Below the pieces are notes generated by a model. That model saw nothing but the letters and a program-made list of their open reading frames with translations. It did not search any database and had not been told where the DNA came from. From IMG/VR virus record IMGVR_UViG_3300025120_000038: 64,000 nucleotides of DNA. One strand, 5' to 3'. The stretch is from an uncultured virus (IMG/VR IMGVR_UViG_3300025120_000038) (lineage: Duplodnaviria; Heunggongvirae; Uroviricota; Caudoviricetes). Both the position numbers and the translations under genes were made by a program. Shown piece after piece: positions 34,167-44,147 of the stretch. The number at the start of each line of letters is the position of its first letter. The first letter of the stretch is position 1.

Positions 34167-35911
34167 GTTGGAATACAAAATGGGTAAGAGGTAAAGATTA
34201 TCCTTATTGGGGAGATACAGAAGTGTATAAAAAAACTATATCAGGAGGATATCTTGTTAATGGAGAATCACCTAAAGATGCTTATAGAAGAGTTGCTAAA
34301 ACTGTTGCAAAAAGATTATACAAACCAGAATTAGAAAATAGGTTTTTTGATTATATATGGAAAGGATGGTTATGTTTAGCTTCACCTGTTTTATCAAATA
34401 CTGGAACAGATAGAGGATTACCTATTAGTTGTTTTGGTATTGATGTAGCAGATAGTATAATGGATATAGGTAATAAAAATTTAGAAATGATGTTACTCGC
34501 AAAGCACGGCGGCGGAGTAGGCATTGGTATAAACATGATAAGACCCGCCGGCGCTAATATAACAGGTAATGGAACATCAGATGGAGTTGTCCCTTTTTGC
34601 AAAATCTATGACTCAACTATACTCGCAACCAATCAAGGGTCAGTACGTAGAGGGGCTGCATCCGTTAATATTAATATTGAACACCCTGACTTCGATGAAT
34701 GGCTGGAAATCAGAGAGCCTAAAGGCGACGTCAACAGGCAATCTCTTAACTTACATCAGTGTGCTGTCGTTGGCGATAAGTTTATGCGAAAACTCGAAGC
34801 TGGATCTACAGATGCACGGGATAAATGGGGAAGATTACTCCAAAAACGAAAAGCTACTGGAGAGCCATACATCCTCTTTAAAGGAAATACAAACAAAGCT
34901 AATCCAGATGCTTACAAGTCGAACAGTTTAAAAGTTCACATGACTAACATCTGTAGTGAAATAACACTTCATACAGATGAATCGCATAGCTTTGTATGTT
35001 GTTTATCTAGTTTAAATTTAGGTAAATATAATGAATGGAAGAATACTAATTTAGTATATGAGGCCACATGGTTTTTAGACGGTGTAATGGAAGAATTTAT
35101 ACAACGTGCTAAAAATATGAAAGGATTTGACAACGCGGTTAGATCTGCTCAAAAAGGTAGAGCTATAGGGCTAGGCGTTTTAGGATGGCATAGTTTATTA
35201 CAAAAAAGCGGAATTGCTTTTGAGGGGCTTTTAGCTCAGTTTAAAACAAGAGAAATATTTTCTAAGATTAAAATAGAGACTGAGAGAGCTTCTAGGGCAC
35301 TTGCGGAGACATATGGTGAACCTTTATGGTGTGTTAATACTGGAATGCGAAATACGCATTTAAGAGCGGTAGCGCCCACCGTATCAAATAGTAAATTAGC
35401 AGGTAATTTATCACCTGGGATAGAGCCTTGGGCAGCAAACGTGTTTACTGATCAATCGGCTAAAGGAACTTTTATACGTAAAAATGAAGAACTTAAAAAA
35501 GTATTTAAAAAAATTGGTATTGATACTAAGGAAATTTGGAATAAAATTTTGGAGGATGGTGGATCCGTTCAAGGAATTAAACAACTTGACGGATGGCATT
35601 ACGATCACGGAGGACGACTTACCCAAGATGGGGAAGGGGAATCAGTGAAAAATGTATTTAAAACATTTAAAGAAATAAACCAATTAGAATTAGTAGGACA
35701 AGCAGGAATAAGACAAGATTATATTGATCAATCAGTATCACTTAATTTAGCTTTTCCCGCTGAGGCAGAGCCAAGATGGATTAATAAAGTTCATTTTGAA
35801 GCTTGGAAACGTGGTATAAAAACTTTATACTATATGAGAACGGAATCAGTTTTAAGAGGTGATATAGCGGCCAACGCTATGGACCCAAACTGTATATCCT
35901 GTGATGGATAA
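34163..35911 (+). CDS. nrdA: Class I ribonucleotide reductase alpha subunit (no ATP cone)
   Basis: ISCF, GGGVG, TNICSEI, APTVSNS, KTLYY, C-terminal CISC. Confidence 0.95.
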   Translation: MSWNTKWVRGKDYPYWGDTEVYKKTISGGYLVNGESPKDAYRRVAKTVAKRLYKPELENRFFDYIWKGWLCLASPVLSNTGTDRGLPISCFGIDVADSIMDIGNKNLEMMLLAKHGGGVGIGINMIRPAGANITGNGTSDGVVPFCKIYDSTILATNQGSVRRGAASVNINIEHPDFDEWLEIREPKGDVNRQSLNLHQCAVVGDKFMRKLEAGSTDARDKWGRLLQKRKATGEPYILFKGNTNKANPDAYKSNSLKVHMTNICSEITLHTDESHSFVCCLSSLNLGKYNEWKNTNLVYEATWFLDGVMEEFIQRAKNMKGFDNAVRSAQKGRAIGLGVLGWHSLLQKSGIAFEGLLAQFKTREIFSKIKIETERASRALAETYGEPLWCVNTGMRNTHLRAVAPTVSNSKLAGNLSPGIEPWAANVFTDQSAKGTFIRKNEELKKVFKKIGIDTKEIWNKILEDGGSVQGIKQLDGWHYDHGGRLTQDGEGESVKNVFKTFKEINQLELVGQAGIRQDYIDQSVSLNLAFPAEAEPRWINKVHFEAWKRGIKTLYYMRTESVLRGDIAANAMDPNCISCDG

Positions 35912-35929
35912 TTAACTAAATAAATATAT

Positions 35930-36142
35930 ATGGCACAAAAAAGATTTACATTTGCGGACGCTAAAAAGCGTATTAAAGATTTAGAACAACAATTAATTGA
36001 TTCTAAAGAAAAAGCAGGAAATTTAATTTTAGATACTTCTGATAATGTTTTTACAGGTAAGGAACTAAAAAAAATTAGATTTTTAGAATTGTGGGCAGTA
36101 TTAGGCCCAATTGCTGGATTAATAATTGGATTATTATTCTAA
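35930..36142 (+). CDS. Small protein with a C-terminal TM helix
   Basis: Coiled coil, then LWAVLGPIAGLIIGLLF. Confidence 0.65.
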   Translation: MAQKRFTFADAKKRIKDLEQQLIDSKEKAGNLILDTSDNVFTGKELKKIRFLELWAVLGPIAGLIIGLLF

Positions 36143-36188
36143 AAAAAAAATAAAGGGATAGCCGTTAATTTGGTTATCCCTTTTTTTA
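36141..36188. terminator. Bidirectional rho-independent terminator
   Basis: A-run, AAAGGGATAGCC-loop-GGTTATCCCTTT, T-run; between convergent modules. Confidence 0.9.
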
Positions 36189-36197
36189 TTTCTATAT

Positions 36198-36425
36198 TTA
36201 AGCCTTATCTTTTTTGTCTTTTGTATAAGGTGGATATAAATACGCATTTAGTTGGCTATTGTCATTAGGTGGAGAAACTTGCTGATAAATACTTTTTGCA
36301 TTAGCAATTAAAGCATCTTCATTAACAGCTTGTTGTTCTTCTAATGCTTGTTTAACCGCAGTAGACCCGATAGGTGATTTTCTTTCTCTGCCTTCGGTAT
36401 TTTTAAAATATTTATTTTCACTCAT
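36198..36425 (-). CDS. Hypothetical protein with an SP motif
   Basis: 75 aa; RKSPIGS. Confidence 0.6.
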   Translation of the reverse strand: MSENKYFKNTEGRERKSPIGSTAVKQALEEQQAVNEDALIANAKSIYQQVSPPNDNSQLNAYLYPPYTKDKKDKA

Positions 36426-36428
36426 TTG

Positions 36429-39400
36429 TTAAGCATTTTTTCGTTTATAATTGTGTGCAAATTTTTCCCATGGCAATGAATGATCACCTTCTGTTTTCCA
36501 TTTGCCACCATGTGCTATTTGGCCGTTTTTACGTTCAAATTTTTTCTTACCATAATATACATAGTTATCGTCATAATCTAATTTACCAGACTTCATTTCT
36601 TGTTGATGTCTTTTTTCATGCTCAATAACTTCTTTTCTTTTAACGGGCGATAAACCTTCCGCAACTTCAATAGAGCCGTCTCGGTTAGCTTTACCTAAAA
36701 CTCCTTTTTCTAAATCTTTAATAGGGCTTTTCTTTTTATTTTCTTTTTCTTCTTCTTTTTTACGTTTTTTAACAGCCCTACTAATAGATTTGTTTAAAGC
36801 TTTAAATGAATCACTTAAAGCTTTTGATTCATCTTGTTTTCTGGCTTGTATACCTAACTCCCATTCACCCCATCCCATCATTAAAGCAACTCTTTGCCAT
36901 ATTTCATTTCTACTATCAGTAGATTCAACAATATGATTAAGTTTTCTTAATACTCTATCTGCTGGAATATTACTAAAAGCTGAAATTACTTTTAATGCAG
37001 CATCAAGAGCGGGATTATTTAAAGCAAGCCCTCTAGTTTTAACCTTTTCAAGTTCTTGTTTATATGTAAACGTTCTACCCGCAGATTGTACTTTTTGAAA
37101 TTTAGATTGAAGAGGCGGAGATAACGAAAACATTTTATCTGCTACCGCTGTATAATCACTTCTAGATGGCTTATCAAATTGCCTTTTAGCTTCTAAAGCC
37201 ATATTTTTAAACATAGCTATAAAAGCACCCATTACACCAGATCCCCTTAAAAACATATCCGCAGTACTATTTACAATATTAAATCTAGTTTTAGATTTTT
37301 GATCGTCCCTAAATTCCTTTTCTTTAGGCCCTAACTCTTCTAAGTCATCATCACTTGTAAACAATATTCCAAACATTGCTTGTTGTAAAGCTGTAAATAT
37401 TATATTTTGAGCAACACCATAATAAACTATTTTAGAAACATTTGTTTTCCAATCACCACGACCGTTTGCAAGATCCTGCATGGCTCTTTTTGTTAATCTA
37501 GTATATTGTATAGGTGTATTTGCAAAAGCTAATATAACACGCCCTAATGGACTTGCTTGTTCCATACTAATTCTAGATGGATCAGAAGATTGTTGAGATT
37601 CATTGGCTAAAGTTCTAAAGTCATTATATGCTTGTTGTTCAGCTTCAGTTTTACTTAATCCTTTTTTTTGTAATGCTTTTATTCTGTTTCTATAGAATGT
37701 AGAACCACCAGAAGCAATAGCAAAGCTATCAGCAAATTGAGTAGGTAAAAATCCTTTTTTAAGTAAAAATGAAATACCAGCTCTTACCTTGTTAGTAGAA
37801 GCTGCCGCTGCTGCTGCAATTTCGTCTGCATTTACATCAGTTTTTAAACCAGATCTTCTTTGTTTTAAAAAGTCTGAATTAAATAATGTTGCAAAATCAT
37901 TCCAATATTGTTTTTGATTTGCAAAAGCTTTTGCTGCTTTAGCTGGGTTATTATCTGACCAATTTATAAAGTTTACAGAAGATATGGTTTGCAATAAAGC
38001 AGAACGCATATTAAAAAACATAATAGTACCTACTGAATCATTTAGCCAGTTTAACCAATTATTGGTTTGTCTATTAGCTCCACTAGGCCTGTTACGACCT
38101 GTTTTCATTCTGTATAAAGTATCTTTTAAAGCTTCTACATATCTATTACCATACTGAGCTTTTAATTTATTAATGTTATCAGGTGTAAAAATAGCATCCA
38201 CAGCTTCAAAATAAGGCTCTAAATACTGATTTCTTGTTTCATTATTTACAAAATTAACTAAATCTGTAGTTATTGTACCTGAAACCCAGTTTTGTGTGGG
38301 TGCAGGATAACCTAAAGGATTTAATTTTTGTAATTGATCAGCGAATGTTTTTAAAGTAGGATTACTATTAACATGATTAACTAAAGCACTTACATCTTTA
38401 CCTGCTAAATCTTTACTGTCTGGCAATATATTTTGCTCATTCCATAAATAAACTCTTACTGCATCCTGATTGCTAAAACCTCTTACGGCTTCTTTATTTA
38501 AATCAGCAGGGGTGTTTTCAATTTTATTTTGAATTTGTTTCCATTCAAGCATGGCGGCTTGTTTTGCTGTTTCAAAAGCTGCCATACCATCGTTGTAAGG
38601 AGTCATTAAATTATCCTTCCACCATTGTAAATCTTTATTGCCTTGCTCCCCTTTGCTTAATGTAGGATATATTAAACCTAATAAATCTTCTGCAGAATAA
38701 GGTACAAAAGCTTGAAAGCCTTTACTGTCACCCAATTTTTGAGCTCTAGTATTAGAATATATTGCCTCAGCTTTAACACCTTTAGTTCTTTCAATCATTT
38801 TATTGAATTCTTCACTAAGAGTGCCTTTAAAAACATTTTGCTGATTACCTTCTAATAATACTTTTTGGTCACTTAAATTTAATTGATCTTTTATAGCATC
38901 ATATCTAGCGGTCCAGCTATCATTAAATAAATTCCAACCAGAAGGCATAGTAAATTTAGTTAAATCTATACCCTTTAATAAAGCATCAGAAATACCTATT
39001 TGTTTATAATTTGCTTTTAAAGCAGTTATTACTTCATCAAAAGTTTTACCTTTAAATCTAGAAGGGTTAAACAAAGCATCAGATATAACCTGAGCAGCAT
39101 ATTTAACAGGTACTGCATGTTCCCAAGTAATTGGGCCTTTAGAAATATCATAAGAATATATTTGAGCACCATTACCTAAAAATCCACTTCTTTCTGCTAT
39201 AGCGTTGCCTAATATATAATTTATAGTAGTATCTAAATCTGAAATATGCCCTTTTTTACCTTTTAAAGCATTATTTTCTTCAGTTGCTTTCTTAAAAAGA
39301 TTTAATACATCATCAAATACTTTATTCCCTTTATAGTTAAAATCAGCAACTATTTTTTTAATATTTTTTTGATCAATATTTTCAGTTGTATTACCTATAG

Positions 39401-42400
39401 CCGCACTAGCTTTTGTTTTACCAATTTTTTTACCAACACCACTTAAAAAATTAATTTTTTCACTTTCATAAAGTGAATTCATTCTATCCCTAAATGCTGT
39501 TAATATTTTTTCATTACCCTTTTTATTTTTTGTAGGTAATGTATTTATAGTACTTTTCATCAAAGAACCTTTTTGATAATAAGGCCTAGTAGTTAAAAAT
39601 TTTATTCCTTTTATAAGTTTTTTGGTACCTGTTTTATTTATTTTACCTGTGCTAGTTATAAGATTATAATCATAATTAGAGTTTAAAGGCTTACTTGCTA
39701 ATACAATACCGGTTTCTTCTTGAAATTCATCAGCTAGCTTAGGATCAGAAACTTTTAAATCTTTTATAGATTGTTTCATAATTTCTGATGATATAACATC
39801 TGTTAAAGCTCTATTCCTTCTATCTGATCTTGTATTGCTTTTAACATTAGGATCATTAAAGTATCCTGTTACAGATTCTTTAGTAATGTTACCATCTTTC
39901 CATCCTTGTAATAATTCCTTAGTTTTAGCATCACGTATTTTGTTAATGTTTTTGTCTTTAACAAAAGCTTCCGCTACAGCTTTATAGTTTTTAGATATAT
40001 AATCATTAGCTGCGTCAACACCTAAATTCCTAATTAATCCTTTTATTTCATTACCAGCAGCTCTATTCATAACTTGCGTAAATGCTTTATCACGCATGGT
40101 TATTTTTTGTTTTTGAGTTGCATTAGGACTTTTACTAATATCACTTTTAGCTTTTGCTGCAGCTAATGTTGCAGCTTCAGCACCTGCTTCTTGTAATTCT
40201 TTAGGCAGAGCTAGCGCTTTAGTTGTTGGCTTATCTAACGTAATTTCTGGAGCTGGTTTATCAGCCACTTGCTGTGACTCTTTAGTTTCTACCGTTTGCG
40301 CAGCTGTAGTTCTTTGTTTACCAATTCTTACATCTGCAATTCTTTTAGCTCTTTGAGTTCCAATGTCTTTTAACCAACCACCCAATGATTTACCTTCTGG
40401 ATTATTAGGATCGTATTGTTTAGCTATTTCCATTAAGCTGTTTGTACCACCTATTTCTTTAGGATCACCAAACGTTATGTCATCAACAAAGTCATTTTGT
40501 GTATAACCTTGTTCTTTAAATTCAGGATAATTTCTGTATATACCTTTTGCTATTGTTTGAGCTAATGGTTCATAAGCATAAGCTACTTGAACAGCAAAGT
40601 CATCAGTCATTTCGCCTTTCTTAATATCTTTAACCTGCGTATTTATCTCTTCACTAGTTAAAGGTTGAGAAGCTAATGTTGGCCTTTCAGTCTTTTTAAT
40701 TTCTGTAGGAGCACTAATAGGTGTAATTACCGTTCCTTTATCAAAATTATTAAATCTTTTAATAAATTGTAAAGCATTAGTACCATCCATATTACCAAAG
40801 TCTATAACTCCAGGCTCGGTTGTATTTATAGCATTAGTAAATAAATTACCAATTTTTTGTAGTATATTAACATCTTCTAGTGCAATATCATTTATTTCAA
40901 TATCCATCATTGAGTCAGACAATGCTGTAAAAAACTCTTGAGCTAAAGCAGTTCTCCCTCCTTTTTGTTTACCTAAACCAGCATAACCCTTAAGTCTTTC
41001 ATTTACTTGCTCATAAGCTTTTTTCATTTTAGGATCAGTACTATTTTTTAATTCTCCTATAACAGATTTTTTTAAATTATTTAAATCTGTATATGAAATA
41101 CCATCCATTAAAATATGGGCAACTTCATGGTTTACTGCATTAGCAGCAGCAGCATCACCTAATACTTTTATATTGTCTCTTACATTTTCATTAACAATAT
41201 AAGCATCATTTTCTATTTTTATAGCATTATTAAATATACCTTTTTCATCTCCTTCAAGTAATTTTATAACATTATCTTTTTTAAGTGCTTCTTTACCATA
41301 TTTTTTTACAATAGCATTTTTTGCTTGCTCTTTAGTATCAAATTTAGTAACTGTTTTTCCTTTTAAATTACCTTCATTAGATTTATTAATAACTTCTATA
41401 AGCGCCTCTCCCTGTTGTTCAGTTAAGCTTAAAGCTCTTTGAAGTTTAACCTCATTATTTAAATCAGATTGAGTTTTTTCTAAATTAAGTTTAGTAGCTA
41501 ATAATTCATTACTAACAACACCTCCGGCATCTTCAATTGCTTTAATTTCTGCATTTACTTCATTCAATTGTTTTTGAATAGGTACAGCTGCCGCTATTGA
41601 CTCATATGCAATTTCAGCTTGTTCACCTTTCAGATCTTTTAATTTAGTACTTTGAATAAAAGCATTAGCAGCTTCTATTCTATCATAAGTTGATTCTAAA
41701 TTATTATCTAATTTATCTAATTCAACTCTTTTTAATGTTGGAGATAAATTACTGTTACTAATTTCAGTAGATAAAGTTTTATATTGATTTTCAGCGTTAT
41801 TAATTGCTAATTGTAATCCCTCGGGACTTGTTCTTAATAAATTTAAAGTTGAGGCAGTTACTTTACCACCACCAATCATAGGCCCGGTAGATATAAAAGC
41901 TTGTGTTCCGGCTTCTAAATATTGTTTTTGGGCTTCTGGCGATATTAATTTACTCATAACATCTTGGCCAGTAGCAGAAGCAACACCACCAACATTTATA
42001 ATTTCTTGCCCTACCTCAGTACCACTTTCCGTTACTGAAGCATAAACTAAATTTTGTAATTGTGGACTTAAATATTTATTAGCTGCTTTATCATATCTTC
42101 CTCTAAGTACAGCTTTTAGAAATCCTTTTGGTATAGCTTTAGTTGCGGCCCCAAGACCAATAAAATTACCAACTAAATCTAATCCTGCATTTGCAACACC
42201 TATCATTAATGCAGTATCTAAATCTGCTTCACCTTCGGCTAAAGCAGTTTTAAGCGCTTCAATTTTTGCATTATTTTCAAGAGCATTAAACTGCTCAATA
42301 CTTATACCTAAATTAGAAGCGGCTTTTTGTGCTAAGATTTCATCTAGTGCACCTCCAGCTTCTTGAACTAAAGTACTTCCACCTAAGGTTAATATTGCTC

Positions 42401-44147
42401 CTAACATTTGAACACTTTGTGTACCTAATATTTTACCAAAATCCTCTACAGTTAAACCATCTTCATCAAAAACTTCAGGGTTTTCAAAATTAACAATATC
42501 TTGTTGATACTCTTGACTTTTTACAATTGATTCCCCTGCATCTTCAGCATATTCATCAATTTTATCTCTTTTAGATTTAATAGCTTCTTCAATACTTTGA
42601 TATATTTCAGACCCTCCTCCCGGGTTTACATATTGTACTCTACCATCTTTTAATGTATTTATTCTTCCTTCTTCAATTTTTTTAATATCTTTTTGGAGTC
42701 TTTTTATATTTCTACCAGACATTAAAGTTTGAAAATCTTCAAAACTCTTTGGTAAATTAGCTAAAGTTAATTCATAAAACCCATCGCCAAAAGACCCAGA
42801 TCCTTTATATCTTTTTGATCTTGCATCAACTTCACTTTGTATTCTATCTTTTACTGTATTATTTATACCATTTAAAATTTCCTGTACAACAGGATTTTCA
42901 TCTTCAGCTTTTGATATTAAATCAGCTGTAAAAGCATTATATTCTTCATCTGCTTTTTTAACAGCTTCAACATACTTTTCATCATTTTGAAACACAGCTT
43001 GCGCTCTTTTATCTATTTCATCATTAAGTTTATTTAAGTATTCTTTTTCTCTTTGCTGAAACTGAGGGGAATTAGTATCAATGTTAGACGGTAATACTAA
43101 TTTACCATCTTGCATTATAAAAGGAATACCAGATTCTTTTAAAAACTTGTTTTTTAATTTTTGTATTTCAGGGCTATTGTTAATATCATCATAAACCTCT
43201 TGTTGATAATTTAGTAATCCACCATAAATGTCATTTTGTGTTTGTGTTACCTCCTCTTTATTATTCTCTAAAACCAGCTTAGGGAAGTTTTTTAAAAATT
43301 CATTACTTTCTAAAGTTTCATTAATAACATTAGGCACTTTATTTAAAAGATCTTTCTCTCTTTGCAAAGCTTCTGTATCAATACCAGCTTGATTATATAA
43401 ATTAGATAAAGTTTTAAAAAATAGTCCTTGATTAGTGCTATTGGTAAGCATTTTCATCAATTCCTTCCCTGAGGGTTTTAAGGGACCCAAAGCATCCGAA
43501 ACTTGTTGTTCAAGGGAATCAAGACCTGCTTGTTGTCTTCTTGTTAATCTTTTTTCCTTTTCAGTTTGTACTTGAGCAGGATCTCTACCTTCATATTCTT
43601 CACCTTCTACAACAACAACTTCATCTAATTGTTGTACATCTGGTTCTTTATTTCTTTTTAAAATAGCTTCCCTGCTATTATCTAAAGGTAAACCTAGCTC
43701 TTTTCTTTTTCTATCTAATTCCAACTGAGTTGGCACCGTAGGTTGGGTTCTAATCCATTCTTCAAATTCTACTGAAGAATCTGGTGCATCTTTATCTTCT
43801 TTAATAACAGTACCATCTGTAGATACCTCTGATACAACAGGATTTTTGGGTGTAGGAATACATTTTTGTTCATCTTCGCTATAACTATAGCCTTGTGGAC
43901 ATTCTGTATTTTCTATTTGCTTTAGGGGACTTTTACTATTATTATGGCCACATTCGTGACATGTGTATAAATCGTTTCCTCCATCAGCTACTTTCCAACT
44001 ATGGTCACATTTTTCGCAGTTTATTTTACTACTATTTTTTTTATTTTTTGAATCTTTTACTTGTTTGAAAGTTTTTATAACCATTGCAATATTAGATTCT
44101 GGCTCATTTGCCGATATCATATTATTTACAATTGTTTCTAAATTCAT
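36429..44147 (-). CDS. Giant internal virion/ejection (polyvalent-type) protein
   Basis: 2572 aa; CEKC/CHEC Zn ribbon, hydrophobic Gly/Ala stretch, two HExxH motifs (HEVAH, HEKRH). Confidence 0.75.
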   Translation of the reverse strand: MNLETIVNNMISANEPESNIAMVIKTFKQVKDSKNKKNSSKINCEKCDHSWKVADGGNDLYTCHECGHNNSKSPLKQIENTECPQGYSYSEDEQKCIPTPKNPVVSEVSTDGTVIKEDKDAPDSSVEFEEWIRTQPTVPTQLELDRKRKELGLPLDNSREAILKRNKEPDVQQLDEVVVVEGEEYEGRDPAQVQTEKEKRLTRRQQAGLDSLEQQVSDALGPLKPSGKELMKMLTNSTNQGLFFKTLSNLYNQAGIDTEALQREKDLLNKVPNVINETLESNEFLKNFPKLVLENNKEEVTQTQNDIYGGLLNYQQEVYDDINNSPEIQKLKNKFLKESGIPFIMQDGKLVLPSNIDTNSPQFQQREKEYLNKLNDEIDKRAQAVFQNDEKYVEAVKKADEEYNAFTADLISKAEDENPVVQEILNGINNTVKDRIQSEVDARSKRYKGSGSFGDGFYELTLANLPKSFEDFQTLMSGRNIKRLQKDIKKIEEGRINTLKDGRVQYVNPGGGSEIYQSIEEAIKSKRDKIDEYAEDAGESIVKSQEYQQDIVNFENPEVFDEDGLTVEDFGKILGTQSVQMLGAILTLGGSTLVQEAGGALDEILAQKAASNLGISIEQFNALENNAKIEALKTALAEGEADLDTALMIGVANAGLDLVGNFIGLGAATKAIPKGFLKAVLRGRYDKAANKYLSPQLQNLVYASVTESGTEVGQEIINVGGVASATGQDVMSKLISPEAQKQYLEAGTQAFISTGPMIGGGKVTASTLNLLRTSPEGLQLAINNAENQYKTLSTEISNSNLSPTLKRVELDKLDNNLESTYDRIEAANAFIQSTKLKDLKGEQAEIAYESIAAAVPIQKQLNEVNAEIKAIEDAGGVVSNELLATKLNLEKTQSDLNNEVKLQRALSLTEQQGEALIEVINKSNEGNLKGKTVTKFDTKEQAKNAIVKKYGKEALKKDNVIKLLEGDEKGIFNNAIKIENDAYIVNENVRDNIKVLGDAAAANAVNHEVAHILMDGISYTDLNNLKKSVIGELKNSTDPKMKKAYEQVNERLKGYAGLGKQKGGRTALAQEFFTALSDSMMDIEINDIALEDVNILQKIGNLFTNAINTTEPGVIDFGNMDGTNALQFIKRFNNFDKGTVITPISAPTEIKKTERPTLASQPLTSEEINTQVKDIKKGEMTDDFAVQVAYAYEPLAQTIAKGIYRNYPEFKEQGYTQNDFVDDITFGDPKEIGGTNSLMEIAKQYDPNNPEGKSLGGWLKDIGTQRAKRIADVRIGKQRTTAAQTVETKESQQVADKPAPEITLDKPTTKALALPKELQEAGAEAATLAAAKAKSDISKSPNATQKQKITMRDKAFTQVMNRAAGNEIKGLIRNLGVDAANDYISKNYKAVAEAFVKDKNINKIRDAKTKELLQGWKDGNITKESVTGYFNDPNVKSNTRSDRRNRALTDVISSEIMKQSIKDLKVSDPKLADEFQEETGIVLASKPLNSNYDYNLITSTGKINKTGTKKLIKGIKFLTTRPYYQKGSLMKSTINTLPTKNKKGNEKILTAFRDRMNSLYESEKINFLSGVGKKIGKTKASAAIGNTTENIDQKNIKKIVADFNYKGNKVFDDVLNLFKKATEENNALKGKKGHISDLDTTINYILGNAIAERSGFLGNGAQIYSYDISKGPITWEHAVPVKYAAQVISDALFNPSRFKGKTFDEVITALKANYKQIGISDALLKGIDLTKFTMPSGWNLFNDSWTARYDAIKDQLNLSDQKVLLEGNQQNVFKGTLSEEFNKMIERTKGVKAEAIYSNTRAQKLGDSKGFQAFVPYSAEDLLGLIYPTLSKGEQGNKDLQWWKDNLMTPYNDGMAAFETAKQAAMLEWKQIQNKIENTPADLNKEAVRGFSNQDAVRVYLWNEQNILPDSKDLAGKDVSALVNHVNSNPTLKTFADQLQKLNPLGYPAPTQNWVSGTITTDLVNFVNNETRNQYLEPYFEAVDAIFTPDNINKLKAQYGNRYVEALKDTLYRMKTGRNRPSGANRQTNNWLNWLNDSVGTIMFFNMRSALLQTISSVNFINWSDNNPAKAAKAFANQKQYWNDFATLFNSDFLKQRRSGLKTDVNADEIAAAAAASTNKVRAGISFLLKKGFLPTQFADSFAIASGGSTFYRNRIKALQKKGLSKTEAEQQAYNDFRTLANESQQSSDPSRISMEQASPLGRVILAFANTPIQYTRLTKRAMQDLANGRGDWKTNVSKIVYYGVAQNIIFTALQQAMFGILFTSDDDLEELGPKEKEFRDDQKSKTRFNIVNSTADMFLRGSGVMGAFIAMFKNMALEAKRQFDKPSRSDYTAVADKMFSLSPPLQSKFQKVQSAGRTFTYKQELEKVKTRGLALNNPALDAALKVISAFSNIPADRVLRKLNHIVESTDSRNEIWQRVALMMGWGEWELGIQARKQDESKALSDSFKALNKSISRAVKKRKKEEEKENKKKSPIKDLEKGVLGKANRDGSIEVAEGLSPVKRKEVIEHEKRHQQEMKSGKLDYDDNYVYYGKKKFERKNGQIAHGGKWKTEGDHSLPWEKFAHNYKRKNA

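Noticed and set aside
36429..44147. Virion RNA polymerase as in crAss-like phages
   Set aside because: No DxDxD/DFDID catalytic motif found on reading the translation
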